DNA from: Chiloscyllium plagiosum
Taxonomy: Eukaryota
Reading direction: 5' to 3'
Assembly (NCBI RefSeq): GCF_004010195.1
Contig: NC_057750.1
Location: 611,461 to 631,460 of the forward strand
DNA length: 20,000 nt
In this document: piece by piece, positions 1-10,661 of the stretch
How the letters are laid out: each line of letters opens with the position of its first letter
Numbering within the stretch: the stretch's first letter is position 1
The notes under the pieces: generated by a model
What the model saw: only the letters and a program-made list of their open reading frames with translations
The model's database searches: none
Told to the model about the DNA's origin: nothing
Program-made: the position numbers and the translations under genes

Positions 1-545
1 GGTACCCACTTTACTTCTAAGATCTTACAAGGGTAATACCAGGATTAGAAATTTCATGGGAATTCCATACTCCTTGGCACCCACCCTCCTCTGGACGGGT
101 GGAAAGAATGAATCAAACCTTAAAGAAGCAATTATCAAAGTTAGTCCTAGAGACTCGATTACCATGGACTAAATGCTTACCTATTGCACTATTACGCATT
201 CGGACGGCCCCAAGGCGTGATATCGGACTTTCTCCTTATGAAATGATGTTTGGGCTGCCATTTCTGGGAGGGAAGGGAGAGGTATCCACGGCCGAGTTTA
301 ATGACAAGTTTTTGAAAAACCATATTGTGGCACTTGGCTCTTCATTATCTGTTCTTAGGAATAAAGGCCTTTTGGTACAGACACCGCCACTCGAGTTTGC
401 AGTACATCAGATACGACCAGGTAATTGGGTCCTGATAAAGAACCTGGAAGGATACCAAACTACACCCGAGCTGGGAGGGACCATTCTTAACTCTCCTGAC
501 TACCAAAACAGCTGTCCAAACTACAGAAAAAGGGTGGAGTCATAT
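1..545 (+). pseudogene. pol: Endogenous retrovirus pol remnant: integrase core and C-terminus (class I, gamma/epsilon-like), frameshifted
   Basis: Frame 1 reads GTHFTSKILQG. After a shift near 32 it reads LEISWEFHTPWHPPSSGRVERMNQTLK...W...LPIALLRIRTAP...GLSPYEMMFG. After a second shift near 440 it reads TWKDTKLHPSWEGPFLTLLTTKTAV...KGWSH (GPY/F motif). Confidence 0.92.
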
Positions 546-718
546 GCTTCCTGTTTCAGCATATCCACATGGCTGCAAGCTCTACATTCAACTTTCTGGG
601 TCTTTTTTGTTTGTTCATGAGGAGCGGGAATCGTTGGCCAGGCCAACTTTCACCAGCTTCCGTTTATGAAAGTGGTAATGAGTCACCACCTTGAACTGCT
701 TCAGCCCATGGTGGAAGT

Positions 719-848
719 GTGTAGAATGGGTGGATTAGCCATGGGAGATGCAGGGTTACAGGGACAGGGTAGCGGGAGGGGTCTGGGTGGGAAGCTCTTC
801 GGAGGTAGACTTGATGGGCCGAATTTGCAGGGATTCTATGTTTCTATG
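719..848 (+). mobile_element. HE1-like SINE 3' fragment
   Basis: GGTGGATTAGCCATGGGA..TGCAGGGTTACAGGG..GGGATTCTATG resembles the 3' parts of the SINEs at 2365 and 13200. Confidence 0.65.
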
Positions 849-869
849 AATGAGGGACACAGACAGGGT

Positions 870-1072
870 AGATGGGAAGCGATGGTGGACATATCAATGA
901 CTGGAGGCATTAATTTAATTGGCATTTGGATGGGTATATGAATAGCAAGAGTTTGAAGGGATATGGATCAGGTGCTGGCAGGTGGGACTAGATTGGTTTG
1001 GGATATCTGATCGGCATGGACGAGTTGGACCAAAGGGTCTATTTCTGTGCTGTACATCTCTATGACTATGAC
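870..1072 (+). mobile_element. CR1 LINE 3' end fragment
   Basis: Similar to 3520-3678 (GGCATTTGGATGGGTATATGAATAG...CTGTACATCTCTATGACT tail). Confidence 0.8.
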
Positions 1073-1076
1073 TTTA

Positions 1077-1300
1077 TTTAGATAGGATGTGAGGAAAAGT
1101 CCTTTCACACTGAAGCTGGTTGGAACCTGGAAGTCACTACCTAAAAGGGAGATGGAGGCAGAAATCCTCAACATTTAAGAAGTATTTAGATGGTCACTTG
1201 AGATGCCAAGGTTGGTAAGTAGGATGAGAATAGGTGGTTATTTTTGACTGGCGCAGCCTTGATGGGTCACGGGGCCTTTTTCTATACTGCCCATCTCAAT
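1077..1300 (+). mobile_element. Degraded CR1 LINE 3' fragment
   Basis: Decayed ORF2 C-terminus (..VGTWKSLPKREMEA.., ACATTTAAGAAGTATTTAGATG) followed by a CR1-type tail. Confidence 0.65.
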
Positions 1301-1444
1301 AGCTCCATATGGTGTTCAGAAGGAGGCTCCAGAATTTTGATGAGGCATAGCCTTACCGTCAAGAATACCTAGCCCCCAAATTAAATTAATCACCATAGTA
1401 ATGTCTCTGTTTAATTCAGCCCAATGGCAGAACTTCGATGAGCA

Positions 1445-1664
1445 TCTTTACGTGGAGAGTTGTGAATGCATGGAATGCGTTGCTAGCTGAGGTGGTGGAA
1501 GCGAAGTCATTGTGGACAGTTAAGCGACTGCTGGACATGCACATGGATAGCAGGGAATTGAGGGGTGCATTAGTTACGTTATTATATTTTACATTAGGAT
1601 TACACGTTGACACAACATCGTGGGCCGAAGGGCCTGTTCTGTGCTGCACTTTTCTATATTCTAT
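1445..1664 (+). mobile_element. CR1 LINE 3' end
   Basis: FTWRVVNAWNALLAEVVEAKSLWTVKRLLDMHMD, then a GGGCCGAAGGGCCTGTTCTGTGCTG..TTCTAT tail. Confidence 0.88.
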
Positions 1665-2364
1665 CTTAAACTGAAGTAGATGGATAGTAATAGACACCTT
1701 AGAAAAACATTGAAATACATTATTTTGAATTATCTCAGAATCTGAAAAGCTACACGAACAAAACCCATTGTCCTGGGCAGCTTTTCAAAGTTATTTTCAC
1801 CCACAGTTAGTGATTAAAAAAATGATTATTTCTCGAGATAAACCTATTTCATATTGATGAAACTGCACCAGATTACTGCCCTTAAACATATCGCAGAATA
1901 TCCTTTCCAGCAAAATCTAAAGATAATTACATTTACAAAAATGCTACTTGATTGCGGTGGTTCACAGCGGATTTTACAGCTATTGATATCCAAATGAGTT
2001 TCAACAAAAAGTGAGCAAAGAAAACATTGAAAGCATAAGTAATTGAGGCCTAATTTGAATATGCTCCAAATCTGAAACTTTACCCTGTAATGAATAAAGG
2101 CTTATATTTTTAATAATAAAAGGAGTTGGCTGAAAACACAATGGAAAGCCAGAAGCCTTTAGTCAAAAGCAAGATCGCTTGCCTGGAATTGGACAGTGTC
2201 AGCACCTCAGGGAGACAATTAGATTTCTATCTACTGTATAAAGAGTCCAAAATATCAATATATTCCAAAAGTTTCAGTGGAGGGTGGGGTGAGGAATGAT
2301 GGATTGATGTGATGCTTTTCATGAATTCAGGGCATCCCAAAGCTCTTTAACGCCTTAAAGTCAT

Positions 2365-2628
2365 GGGTGGCACAGGGCTCAGTGGTTAGCCTCATAGCAC
2401 CAGGGACCCAGATTTGAATCAGCCAACCCTTGGGCAATTGTCTGTGTGGCATTTGCACATTCTTCCTGTGCCTGTGTGGGTTTCCTCCCACAGTCCAAAA
2501 ATATGCAGGCTAGATGGATTGGCTGTGCTAAATTGCCCATTGTGTCTAGGGTTAGATGGATTAGCCACGGGAAATGCAGGGTTGGTGTGAGCTCAATGAA
2601 CCAAATGGCTTGCTGTAGGGATTCTATG
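2365..2628 (+). mobile_element. HE1-like tRNA-derived V-SINE, probably nested in an older minus-strand Deu-type SINE tail (about 2315-2695)
   Basis: tRNA head GGTGGCACAG-GGCTCAGTGGTTAGC, core GGGTTTCCTCCCACAGTCCAAA, tail GGGATTCTATG. The flanks CATCCCAAAGCTCTTTA / TGAAGTGTAG look like one interrupted SINE tail. Confidence 0.85.
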
Positions 2629-3269
2629 AAGTGTAGTTGTTGTCACATGGTAAGAAATATGGCACCCAAAGTGAACCCTACAATTCCATGTTGATAAATC
2701 TTTTTTTAAATGTTATGTTGATTGACGAATAGAACCTCCTCTCACTTTCCTTCTCCCTTAAACTTCTTGAATGTGAGAAACGGGAAAAGGTGTTGTTTTT
2801 GCAGATGTGGCAAAAAGGGTAGTGATAATAAGCTTAAGCATAGCGCTGACAAGCAAGTATAGAGGGCAGCTGCAGGCAAAGATCAGATTAGCAAAGTTCT
2901 GGGAAAAACAAGTTTGTGCAGGCAGAAAAGCAGAACAATAGAAAACACTAGCACAGCAAGTGTTAATATAGGTACAAAACGGTTGCAGCTAACGGCCCAA
3001 AGAGAGAGAAGTAGAATCTAGTCAAGATAAGGAGAAGTCACGTAGGGGCAGTCAGGTCACAAGTTAGGCAGAGAACTAGGGTGATTGGGTAATGTAGGAG
3101 AAGGGAGAGGTGACCTCACACAGCTCAAAGGTATAACTGTATACTTGTTTCAATGCTCATTGCTCATTTGCTTTAGCATTTGATGCCCTTTCTTGCAAGA
3201 TCGTAAAATAAATTGTCTGTTTCCAGTTTTGGTGGTCTTGGTTAATTTTGATAAGTTTGTTTCTAACAC

Positions 3270-3678
3270 CTGGAATGTCAGAGGCTGAGGGATAACCTTA
3301 TAGAGGTTCATAAAATCATGAGGGGCATGGATAGGATAAATAGACAAAGTTTTTTCCCTGGGGTGGAGGTGTCCAGAACCAGAAAGCATAGGTTTAGGGT
3401 GAGAGGGGAAAGATATAAAAGGGACCTAAGGGGCAACGTTTTCCCACAGAGGGTGGTGCGTGTATGGAATGAGCTGCCAGAGGAAATGGTGGAGGCTGGT
3501 ACAATTACAGCATTTAAAAGGCATTTGGAATGGTATATGAATAGGAAGGGTTTGGAGGGACATGGGCTGGATGCTGGCAGGTGGGACTAGATTGGGTTGG
3601 GATATCTGGTCGGCATGGACGGGCTGGACCGAAGGGTCTGTTTCCGAGCTGTACATCTCGATGACTCTATGACTCTAT
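3270..3678 (+). mobile_element. CR1 LINE ORF2 C-terminus and 3' UTR (5'-truncated)
   Basis: MRGMDRIN..RDLRGNVFPQRVVRVWNELPEEMVEAGTITAFKRHLE, with a terminal (ATGACTCT)n tail. Confidence 0.92.
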
Positions 3679-3679
3679 T

Positions 3680-4215
3680 TCCAACCAGTGCATCTGGGAG
3701 GCAACATACCTTTCAGGAGTCTCGTTTCCAACCACATAACCGCCCATCTACTCCCCTTACAATTGAATCCCCTATGACTATAGCCCTTACACTCTTTTTC
3801 CCACCCTTCTGTACAGCAGAGCCAGCCACGGTGCCATGAACCTGGCTACTGCTGCCCTCTCCTGGTGAATCATCTTCCCCAACAGTATCCAAAATGGTAT
3901 ACCTGTTTTGGAGGGAGATGACCCACAGGCGACACCTACACTGCCTTTCTGCTCTTTCTCTGCCTCTTGGTCACCCGTTCCCTTTCTCCCTCAACAATCC
4001 TAATCTGCAGTGTGACCACTTTACTAAACGTGCCATCTATGACCCCTTCAGCATGGCGTATGCTCAAAGTGAGTCCATCTGCAGCTCCAGAGCCAACATG
4101 CGGTCTAACAAGAGCTGCAGCTGGACACACTTCCTGCAGAAGTCAGTGACATCAGCTATGTACCTGAACTCTCACATTGAGCAAGAGAAGCATAACGTGG
4201 GTCTCCTGCCATTTT
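3680..4215 (-). mobile_element. CR1 LINE ORF1 fragment (Cys-rich N-terminus, coiled coil, start of SGNH esterase-like domain)
   Basis: The minus strand encodes FCRKCVQLQLLLDRMLALELQMDSL, SIRHAEGVIDGTFSKVVT and RAIVIGDSIVRG...KVCCLP, interrupted by stops and frameshifts. Confidence 0.85.
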
Positions 4216-4640
4216 TACTCTTAAGCTTAACTTAGACCAAGCCAGTAGCAGAAGTTAGAAGAACGACATTGTACAAGGATCAAACCCTGGGCACTTCCAG
4301 AGATGGACACTGTTTGGAACCTGGCCAGGTTCCGACATTAATTCGGTAATAGCCAAGTTGGCTTGTCAGACCTAATTTGGTTACTTGAGGGGATCTTATT
4401 TTGGTCGCTACATGCAATAATGTTTAGACCATTGCTTCAATACTTAATTGTCAGTGAGATTTCTTAATAATTAGCCAAGTTAAAGGTAACTTATGGTGAG
4501 TTTTCCACAACAGCCATCAGTGTAAGTCTTTGCTCACTTGGGATTACTCAGCAAGTATTGTCTGATCATGGACAGACACCTAATGTTCGACATTGTGTTT
4601 TGCAAGTATGGGCTGGTTGGATGTGGTCAGTGCTGTGATT

Positions 4641-4704
4641 GAGGAGAAAGTGAGGTCTGCAGATGCTGGAGATCAAAGTTGAAACTTCATTGCTGGAACA
4701 GCAC
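4641..4704 (-). mobile_element. 64-bp terminal fragment of the hammerhead-bearing Penelope-like non-autonomous element
   Basis: Near-identical to 13767-13830. Flanked by 65-bp direct repeats at 4576-4640 and 4705-4769. Confidence 0.85.
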
Positions 4705-5769
4705 ACACCTAATGTTCGACATTGTGTTTTGCAAGTATGGGCTGGTTGGATATGGTCAGTGCTGTGATTTATGATCTACCAGTTTTTTGGATGTTAGGAC
4801 ACATACTGGCATCACACTGTCACTGGAGTTTATATATTATGTTACTCATTAGTGTGATAGGCAGAATATTATCCTGGCATGTCAGCAGGATACTATTACC
4901 ATCTATCTCACACATTCTTAAAAGCAATGTCACTGCCAATCAGAGTCAGGACTCTCCCTTCATGTGGTTTTCCCTTGCCTTTGGTATTCCTTGAGACTTG
5001 TCCTGATGGGTGCAAGGCAAGAGGTTGTTACAATCCATGTCTTTTTTTTGAGATATCCATATTTTGTTTTAAAACAGCAGACGCTGTGACACAATGTCAG
5101 TGGGATCACATTGTAAGGCTTTATTCCTCAGAGGTTCACCCAGGTGATGTGTACAGGGACTTTAGGATGTCAGCTCCCAGCTTCACTGCCTCAGTTCAGT
5201 CTCTTCCTTGCACTCTCTCCAGATGACATACCACGTACTGTATTTTAGATCTAAGGATGGCATGCCAGGTACCTGGACACTGGATACCTAAGTCTTAACT
5301 CTTTTATTTGGGCTAATTTCACACTCTTGCCCTCACATTCTGTTCACACAATAACCACTTATTCCATTTTTCTTGGATTCCTTTTGCACATGTGCCCAGG
5401 ATATTTGCCCTGCACACCCGATGTGCCTGATACTTGTCAGTGCTGGCCAGGGTAGTCACGTCATGTTACAGATTCACTTCTCTAATCAATGTCATTGTTA
5501 ATCTGTAAACCAGGAAACTGATTGAGTTTAACCATCACACATTGTTCTCTTTAATTAAGGAATTTCAAAGTGAACATGAAAGAAGGCCATTTCTATCCCC
5601 AGCACCTATCCCGCTCATACAGAACTCTCACATGGAATTCCTTGTAACAAATTATAAACTAATCTTTACAATTATTAAACATCAATTATTAAACTCTTTA
5701 TATACTATTAGATTGCTGTTCAACAGCTTTCATTGGGGAATAAATTAATAAGCTCGTTTAGGGGTTTAG

Positions 5770-6097
5770 ATGATTAGGGGTTTAGATAGGGTTGACCATG
5801 AGAACCTTTTTCCACGTATGAAGTCAGCTATTACGAGGGGGCATAGCTTTAAATTAAGGGGTGGTAGGTATAGGACAGATGTTAGGGGTAGATTCTTTAC
5901 TCAGCGAGTCGTGAGTTCATGGAATGCCCTGCCAGTAGCAGAGGTGGATTCTCCCTCTTTATGGGCATTTAAACGGGCATTGGATAGGCATATGGAGGAT
6001 AGTGGGCTAGTGTAGGTTAGGTGGGCTTGGATCGGCGCAACATCGAGGGCCGAAGGGCCTGTACTGCGCTGTATTTTTCTATGTTCAATGTTCTATG
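5770..6097 (+). mobile_element. Young CR1 LINE 3' end
   Basis: Uninterrupted MIRGLDRVD..RGHSFKL..VRGRFFTQRVVSSWNALP..FKRALDRHM. CpGs are retained and there is a TTCTATG tail. Confidence 0.93.
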
Positions 6098-6436
6098 ATT
6101 CAGCCTATAGCCCAGAGGCACTTCACTCACATAAAACAGCAGGTTTTCAAATCAATTAAGTCTTTAGTTACAACATATTTTATATCTAACTCTTTCAAAC
6201 ATTGATCATTCTAGAAAACAGTGGCTCTTTAGAATCTAAAAACAAGAGTTGCTGAAGAACATTGAGCTGAATGCTTTGGTTGGATCTTGCTTTCCCTCTC
6301 GGTAACAATTGGTTAGAGAGTTGGGGTGAGTATCGCATCAATGCCTGAGGACTCCCCAGTTATGGGTCACCTCTCATTTGAATACCAATGTCAATCATTA
6401 CATTCTGTCAGGCAGCTGAACTGAAAGCCAACAGAT

Positions 6437-6515
6437 TAATTTAGGATATCTGGTTGGCATAGACGAGTTGGATCGAAGGGTTTGTTTTCCTGATGTCCAG
6501 CTCTATAACTTTATA
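6437..6515 (+). mobile_element. CR1 3' UTR fragment
   Basis: GGATATCTGGTTGGCATAGACGAGTTGGATCGAAGGG matches 3600-3640. Confidence 0.7.
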
Positions 6516-6721
6516 ATAATGTGACCATTTAGGTTGGGATCATAATCATCTCTTTCCTTTACTGAATTTTATGCCTACAGATAAACATTTCACATTTTGC
6601 TGTTAAAGTTTGGTTCAATTCAGTCTGGTAAAGTTATCGTTGTAGTGTCAATGTGTGAGCAAGTGTACCATAGTAATAGTATTATCCAGCTCAGTGTTTC
6701 AGTACTTTGAATAGTTTGAGG

Positions 6722-6930
6722 AGTTGGTTAGCTTAGTTGGTTGGTCACTGCTTTACAATATAAAGTGACACCAACAGCCCAGGTTCATATTCTGACACAA
6801 GCTGAGGGTAAACTCAGCCCTTGACTGAGGAATGGTGACCCTCAGGTTAAACCACAACCTGTTGTCTCTCTCTCTCTCTTGAATGAGAGAACAGCCCCAT
6901 GATCTGGTAGGACTGTGGTGACTTCCCTTT
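6722..6930 (+). mobile_element. Degraded tRNA-derived SINE
   Basis: A-box-like TAGCTTAGTTGG, B-box-like GGTTCATATTC, and body GGTGACCCTCAGGTTAAACCAC..GAGAGAACAGCC..GGACTGTGGTGACTT. Confidence 0.65.
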
Positions 6931-7456
6931 GAGTACACAGGGTTGGCTCAGGGGAACATTCTCCTTCAGGACTGAGCAGGTGAAGGGTTAAAACTGATTG
7001 AGGTGGGAATGGTATTGAGCTGGATAATTAGCATAACTACATTGTGGGGCTGGTTGGAATTCTCACCAGCTCCATCTGTTATCTGTTGAGGTTGCTGGAA
7101 GCAAAAGACATTTTGTGTAACCATAGCAACAAGGTGAAGAGACAGAAGTGAGACTTGTTCCTTTGCTGTTGATCTAATTCTTAAAAGGGCATTGAAAGCA
7201 AGAGGCAGGAATTTCAGTCAATGCACATCATTGATCTGGCTGATGGGGGAACAGGGTCATCTTCTCTTTCAGTTCCCCTTCTCAGAAAAAACTCTCTGGA
7301 TTGTCCTCTGCCAATTTCAAAAAGAGTCTGATGGGATCCCTGCATAATCATGTGACCCAAGTGAAAAATACCTCACAAGTTATAAGTCTTCCATTCCTGC
7401 CAATGAATTATTGTGTGGGAGTGGGATCTTGCTGATCAGATTATGGTTGAGATAAC

Positions 7457-8644
7457 TCAATACTCCCTCAGTAGTCACCATTGGACAGCACACCTCTCCT
7501 TCAGCTCTGACCCTCTGACAGTGCAGCACTCCTGCAGCACTGACCCTCCGACAGTGCGGCACTCCCTCAGCACTGACCCTCTGACAGTGCAGCACGCCCT
7601 CAGTACTGACCATCCAACAGTGCAGCTATCCCTCTGTACTGACCTCCACAGTGTGGTGCTCCCTCAGTACTGACCCTCTGACAATGCGGCACTCCCTCAG
7701 CACTGACCCTCCGCCAGTGTGGCACTCCCTCAGCACTGACCCTCCGCCAGTGTGGCACGCCCTCAGTACTGACCATCCAACAGTGCAACTATCCCTCTGT
7801 ACTGACCTCCAACAGTGTGGTGCTCCCTCAGTACTGACCCTCTGACAATGCAGCACTCCCTCAGCACNNNNNNNNNNNNNNNNNNNNNNNNNNNNNNNNN
7901 NNNNNNNNNNNNNNNNNNNNNNNNNNNNNNNNNNNNNNNNNNNNNNNNNNNNNNNNNNNNNNNNNNNNNNNNNNNNNNNNNNNNNNNNNNNNNNNNNNNN
8001 NNNTCCCTCAGCACTGACCCTCCGACAGTGCAGCACGCCCTCAGTACTGACCATCCAACAGTGCAGCTATCCCTCTGTACTGACCTCCAACAGTGTGGTG
8101 CTCCCTCAGTACTGACCCTCTGACAATGCAGCACTCCCTCAGCACTGACCCTCTGACAGTGCATCGCTTCCTCAGTACTGACCCTCTGACAGTGCAGTGC
8201 TTTCTCAGTACTGACCCTCCGACAGTGCGGTGCTCTCTCAGTACTGACTCTCCCACAATGCGGTATTCCCTCTGCACTGACCCTCCAACAGTGCAGCACT
8301 CCCTCAGCACTGACCCTTCGACAGTGCGGCACTCCCTCAGTACTGACCATCCAACAGTGCAGCTATCCCTCAGCACTGACCCTTCGACAGTGCAGCACTC
8401 CCTCAGCACTGACCCTCCGACAATGTGGCACTCCCTTAGTACTGACCCTCTGACAGTGTAGCACTCCCTCAGCACTGACCCTCCGACAGTGCGGCACTCT
8501 TTCAGCACTGACCCTCCGACAGTGTGGCACTCCCTCAGCACTGACCCTCCGACAGTGCAGCACTCCCTCAGCTCTGACCCTCCGACAATGCGGCACTCCC
8601 TCAGCACTGACCCTCCGCCAGTGCGGCACTCCCTCAGCACTGAC
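7457..8644 (+). repeat. 33-bp minisatellite array, interrupted by an assembly gap
   Basis: Tandem unit ACTCCCTCAGCACTGACCCTCCGACAGTGCGGC with variants. The ORF track shows 11-aa periodicity. Confidence 0.97.
7868..8003. other. Assembly gap (136 N)
   Basis: Run of N. Confidence 0.99.
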
Positions 8645-9012
8645 ACTGATGCTCCGATACTGGGATATCGCTATGCCTGCAATACTTACCTTGCTGCCAC
8701 AGCCACACTGTATTTTGACGGAATGTTCTGACAAAGTTCATTTTGAGGTTTTTTTTCCTGGGCATGAACTGAATTGTTTTGTCTCTGGTGCCTTCATTTC
8801 ATGTTCCTTGCTTTTTGCCTCAGCCAAAGGTGAACTCAGAGCCTTTCTCTTTGTACTCGAACAGTCAGAGGGTTTCCCAACTGCACTGCAGCAAAGAGGG
8901 ATTCATTTTATCATACTGACTCCTGACTCCTCTTCAGAAAGATCAGGGAATCAGTTCCACATTAACCAAAGGCAATAAAAGAGTGTGAATCGCAGCATCC
9001 AGGGAACAGGAG

Positions 9013-9048
9013 ATTCGACGTTTCGGGCACAGGCCCTTCTTCAGGAAT
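9013..9048 (-). ncRNA. Minimal type I hammerhead ribozyme motif (minus strand)
   Basis: Exact reverse complement of 9058-9093. Confidence 0.8.
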
Positions 9049-9057
9049 GGGCTGCTC

Positions 9058-9093
9058 ATTCCTGAAGAAGGGCCTGTGCCCGAAACGTCGAAT
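9058..9093 (+). ncRNA. Minimal type I hammerhead ribozyme motif
   Basis: AUUC-CUGAAGA-A-GGGC(cugu)GCCC-GAAA-CG-UC^GAAU: conserved core, stem I AUUC/GAAU, stem II GGGC/GCCC, palindromic ACGU stem III. Predicted cut after 9089. Confidence 0.82.
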
Positions 9094-9944
9094 CTCCTGT
9101 TCCCTGGATGCTGCCTGACCTGCTGTGCTGTTCCAGCAATAAAGTTTCAACTCCTCTTCAGAAAGATCAGGGAATCAGTTCCACATTAACCAAAGGCAAT
9201 AAAAGAGTGTGAATCTCCTCTCTGCAATATGTGCAAAGGAATTATGAACTTTCAGCTTTATTCCACAAACATGCAGCAATAATGTCAGCCCCCAGTTGGT
9301 GTGTTTACTCCAGAGTTATGTTGGGACTTGTGTATTTGCCGTGCAAAGGTTTACACTAAATCCGAGATACAACTCGCCCCAGCAGCAGCAGTGGGAAGCT
9401 TTGCAAAACCAGATCAATAATTCAATATTTCATTCGGAGTGAGTGCACAGGGTATTTTTAACCAGATCAATACAATATCACTGACATTAGCTGTCTCTTT
9501 GACACATGAGTTATGAAGGGCTTTTCATGAATAAAATAGCACCTGTATGGTCTGTTATTTTCAGTGTTCTGTTGAGTACACTGGCATTACTCAGTACATC
9601 AGAATCTTTACACAATGTATTTCTCGAACTGATCGTTCATCACTCCCTGCTGTTTTCTTTTTTCCTTTCCTTTGAATTCAAGAGAAAAACATATCTCAAA
9701 GCCACAATGGCCTCTTCCTCCCATCTCACCAGGAGATTCAAGTCAGTGATGATTGTCTGAGACTTTGAGGCTAATAGGATGCATGTTGTGATGAGGTGAA
9801 TTAAGGTTGAGGCACGCGGAACAGGCCTTTGCAAAAATTGAGGTTTAACTGAGAGTTAGTTATTCACAGTGACTGCCTGAGCACTTCACATTGAGCGTAT
9901 ATCTCAACCATTTCAAAATGGGGCAATAACCCTCATTCCATTTA

Positions 9945-10512
9945 AGAGTTGGTTGGATACACAGCTCAAATGTGTACAGTGTTGGTCTCCTTACTTGAGA
10001 AAAGATGTACTGGCACTGGAGAGGGTGCAGAGGAGGTTCACTGGGTTGGCTCCAGAGTTGAGGGGGTTGGCTCATGGGGACAGATTGAGTAAACTGGGAC
10101 TATAATCATTGGGATTTAGAAGAATGAGGGAGGATCTTATAGAAACTTATAAAGTGATGAAGGAAACAGATAAGATAGAAACAGGGAGGCTCTTTCAACT
10201 AGTAGGTGAAACTAGAACTAGAGGGCATAGCCTCAAAATAAGAGGAACAACTCAGACTGAGCTGAGGAGGAACTTCTTCACCTAAAGGGTTGGGAATCTG
10301 TGAAATTCCCCGCCCAGTGAAGCAGCTGAGGAAATCTCGTTGAATGTTTTTAAGGCAAAGATATGGAGATGGTTGAACAGTGAAGGAAATAAGGGTTATA
10401 GTGAGCAGTTGGGTAAAGTGGAGCTGAATCCATGATGAAGATTAGCCATGATCATATTGAATGGTGGAGCAGGCTCAAGGGGCCAGATGGCCTACTCCTG
10501 CTCCTAGTTCTG
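9945..10512 (+). mobile_element. Degraded CR1 LINE ORF2 3' region and tail
   Basis: CVQCWSPYLRKDVLALERVQRRFT..., DLIETYKVMK, and tail GGGCCAGATGGCCTACTCCTGCTCCTAGTTCT. Confidence 0.9.
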
Positions 10513-10661
10513 CAGATTTCCCTAAGCTTCAGCCAATAGTTCATTTCTCTGTATGCCTGTGCCATGCACTCATGCTGAGATGTATGGTAGGGCCTGACCT
10601 CAGTTAACATGTGCAATGATCACTGTAGGCATGTGACACATGAACAGCTGTAGGTCAGATC

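Larger units (their letters stand above)
8992..9149. mobile_element. Palindromic copy of the hammerhead-bearing Penelope-like element
   Basis: 58-bp inverted arms at 8992-9049 and 9057-9114. Flanked by 66-bp direct repeats at 8926-8991 and 9150-9215. Confidence 0.88.

Noticed and set aside
4529..4575. FAHLGL-QVLSDHG, resembling a Gypsy integrase motif
   Set aside because: Very short, needs a frameshift and has no supporting flanking motifs.
5758..5788. TTAGGGG repeats as telomeric sequence
   Set aside because: Only a 14-bp duplication (TTAGGGGTTTAGAT) of CR1 coding sequence at its 5' junction.
7457..8644. CRISPR-like array
   Set aside because: Units are contiguous with no unique spacers, there are no cas genes, and the context is vertebrate.
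7380..8734. Long Cys/His-rich ORFs (RRVSAEGVPHC)n as a zinc-finger or repeat protein
   Set aside because: A by-product of a stop-poor 33-bp unit. Several frames on both strands are open and there is no C2H2 spacing. The same applies to 19318-19827.
9540..9670. Purine-rich minus-strand exon candidate (KGKKKTAGSDER...)
   Set aside because: Stops occur in all frames before any convincing donor site.
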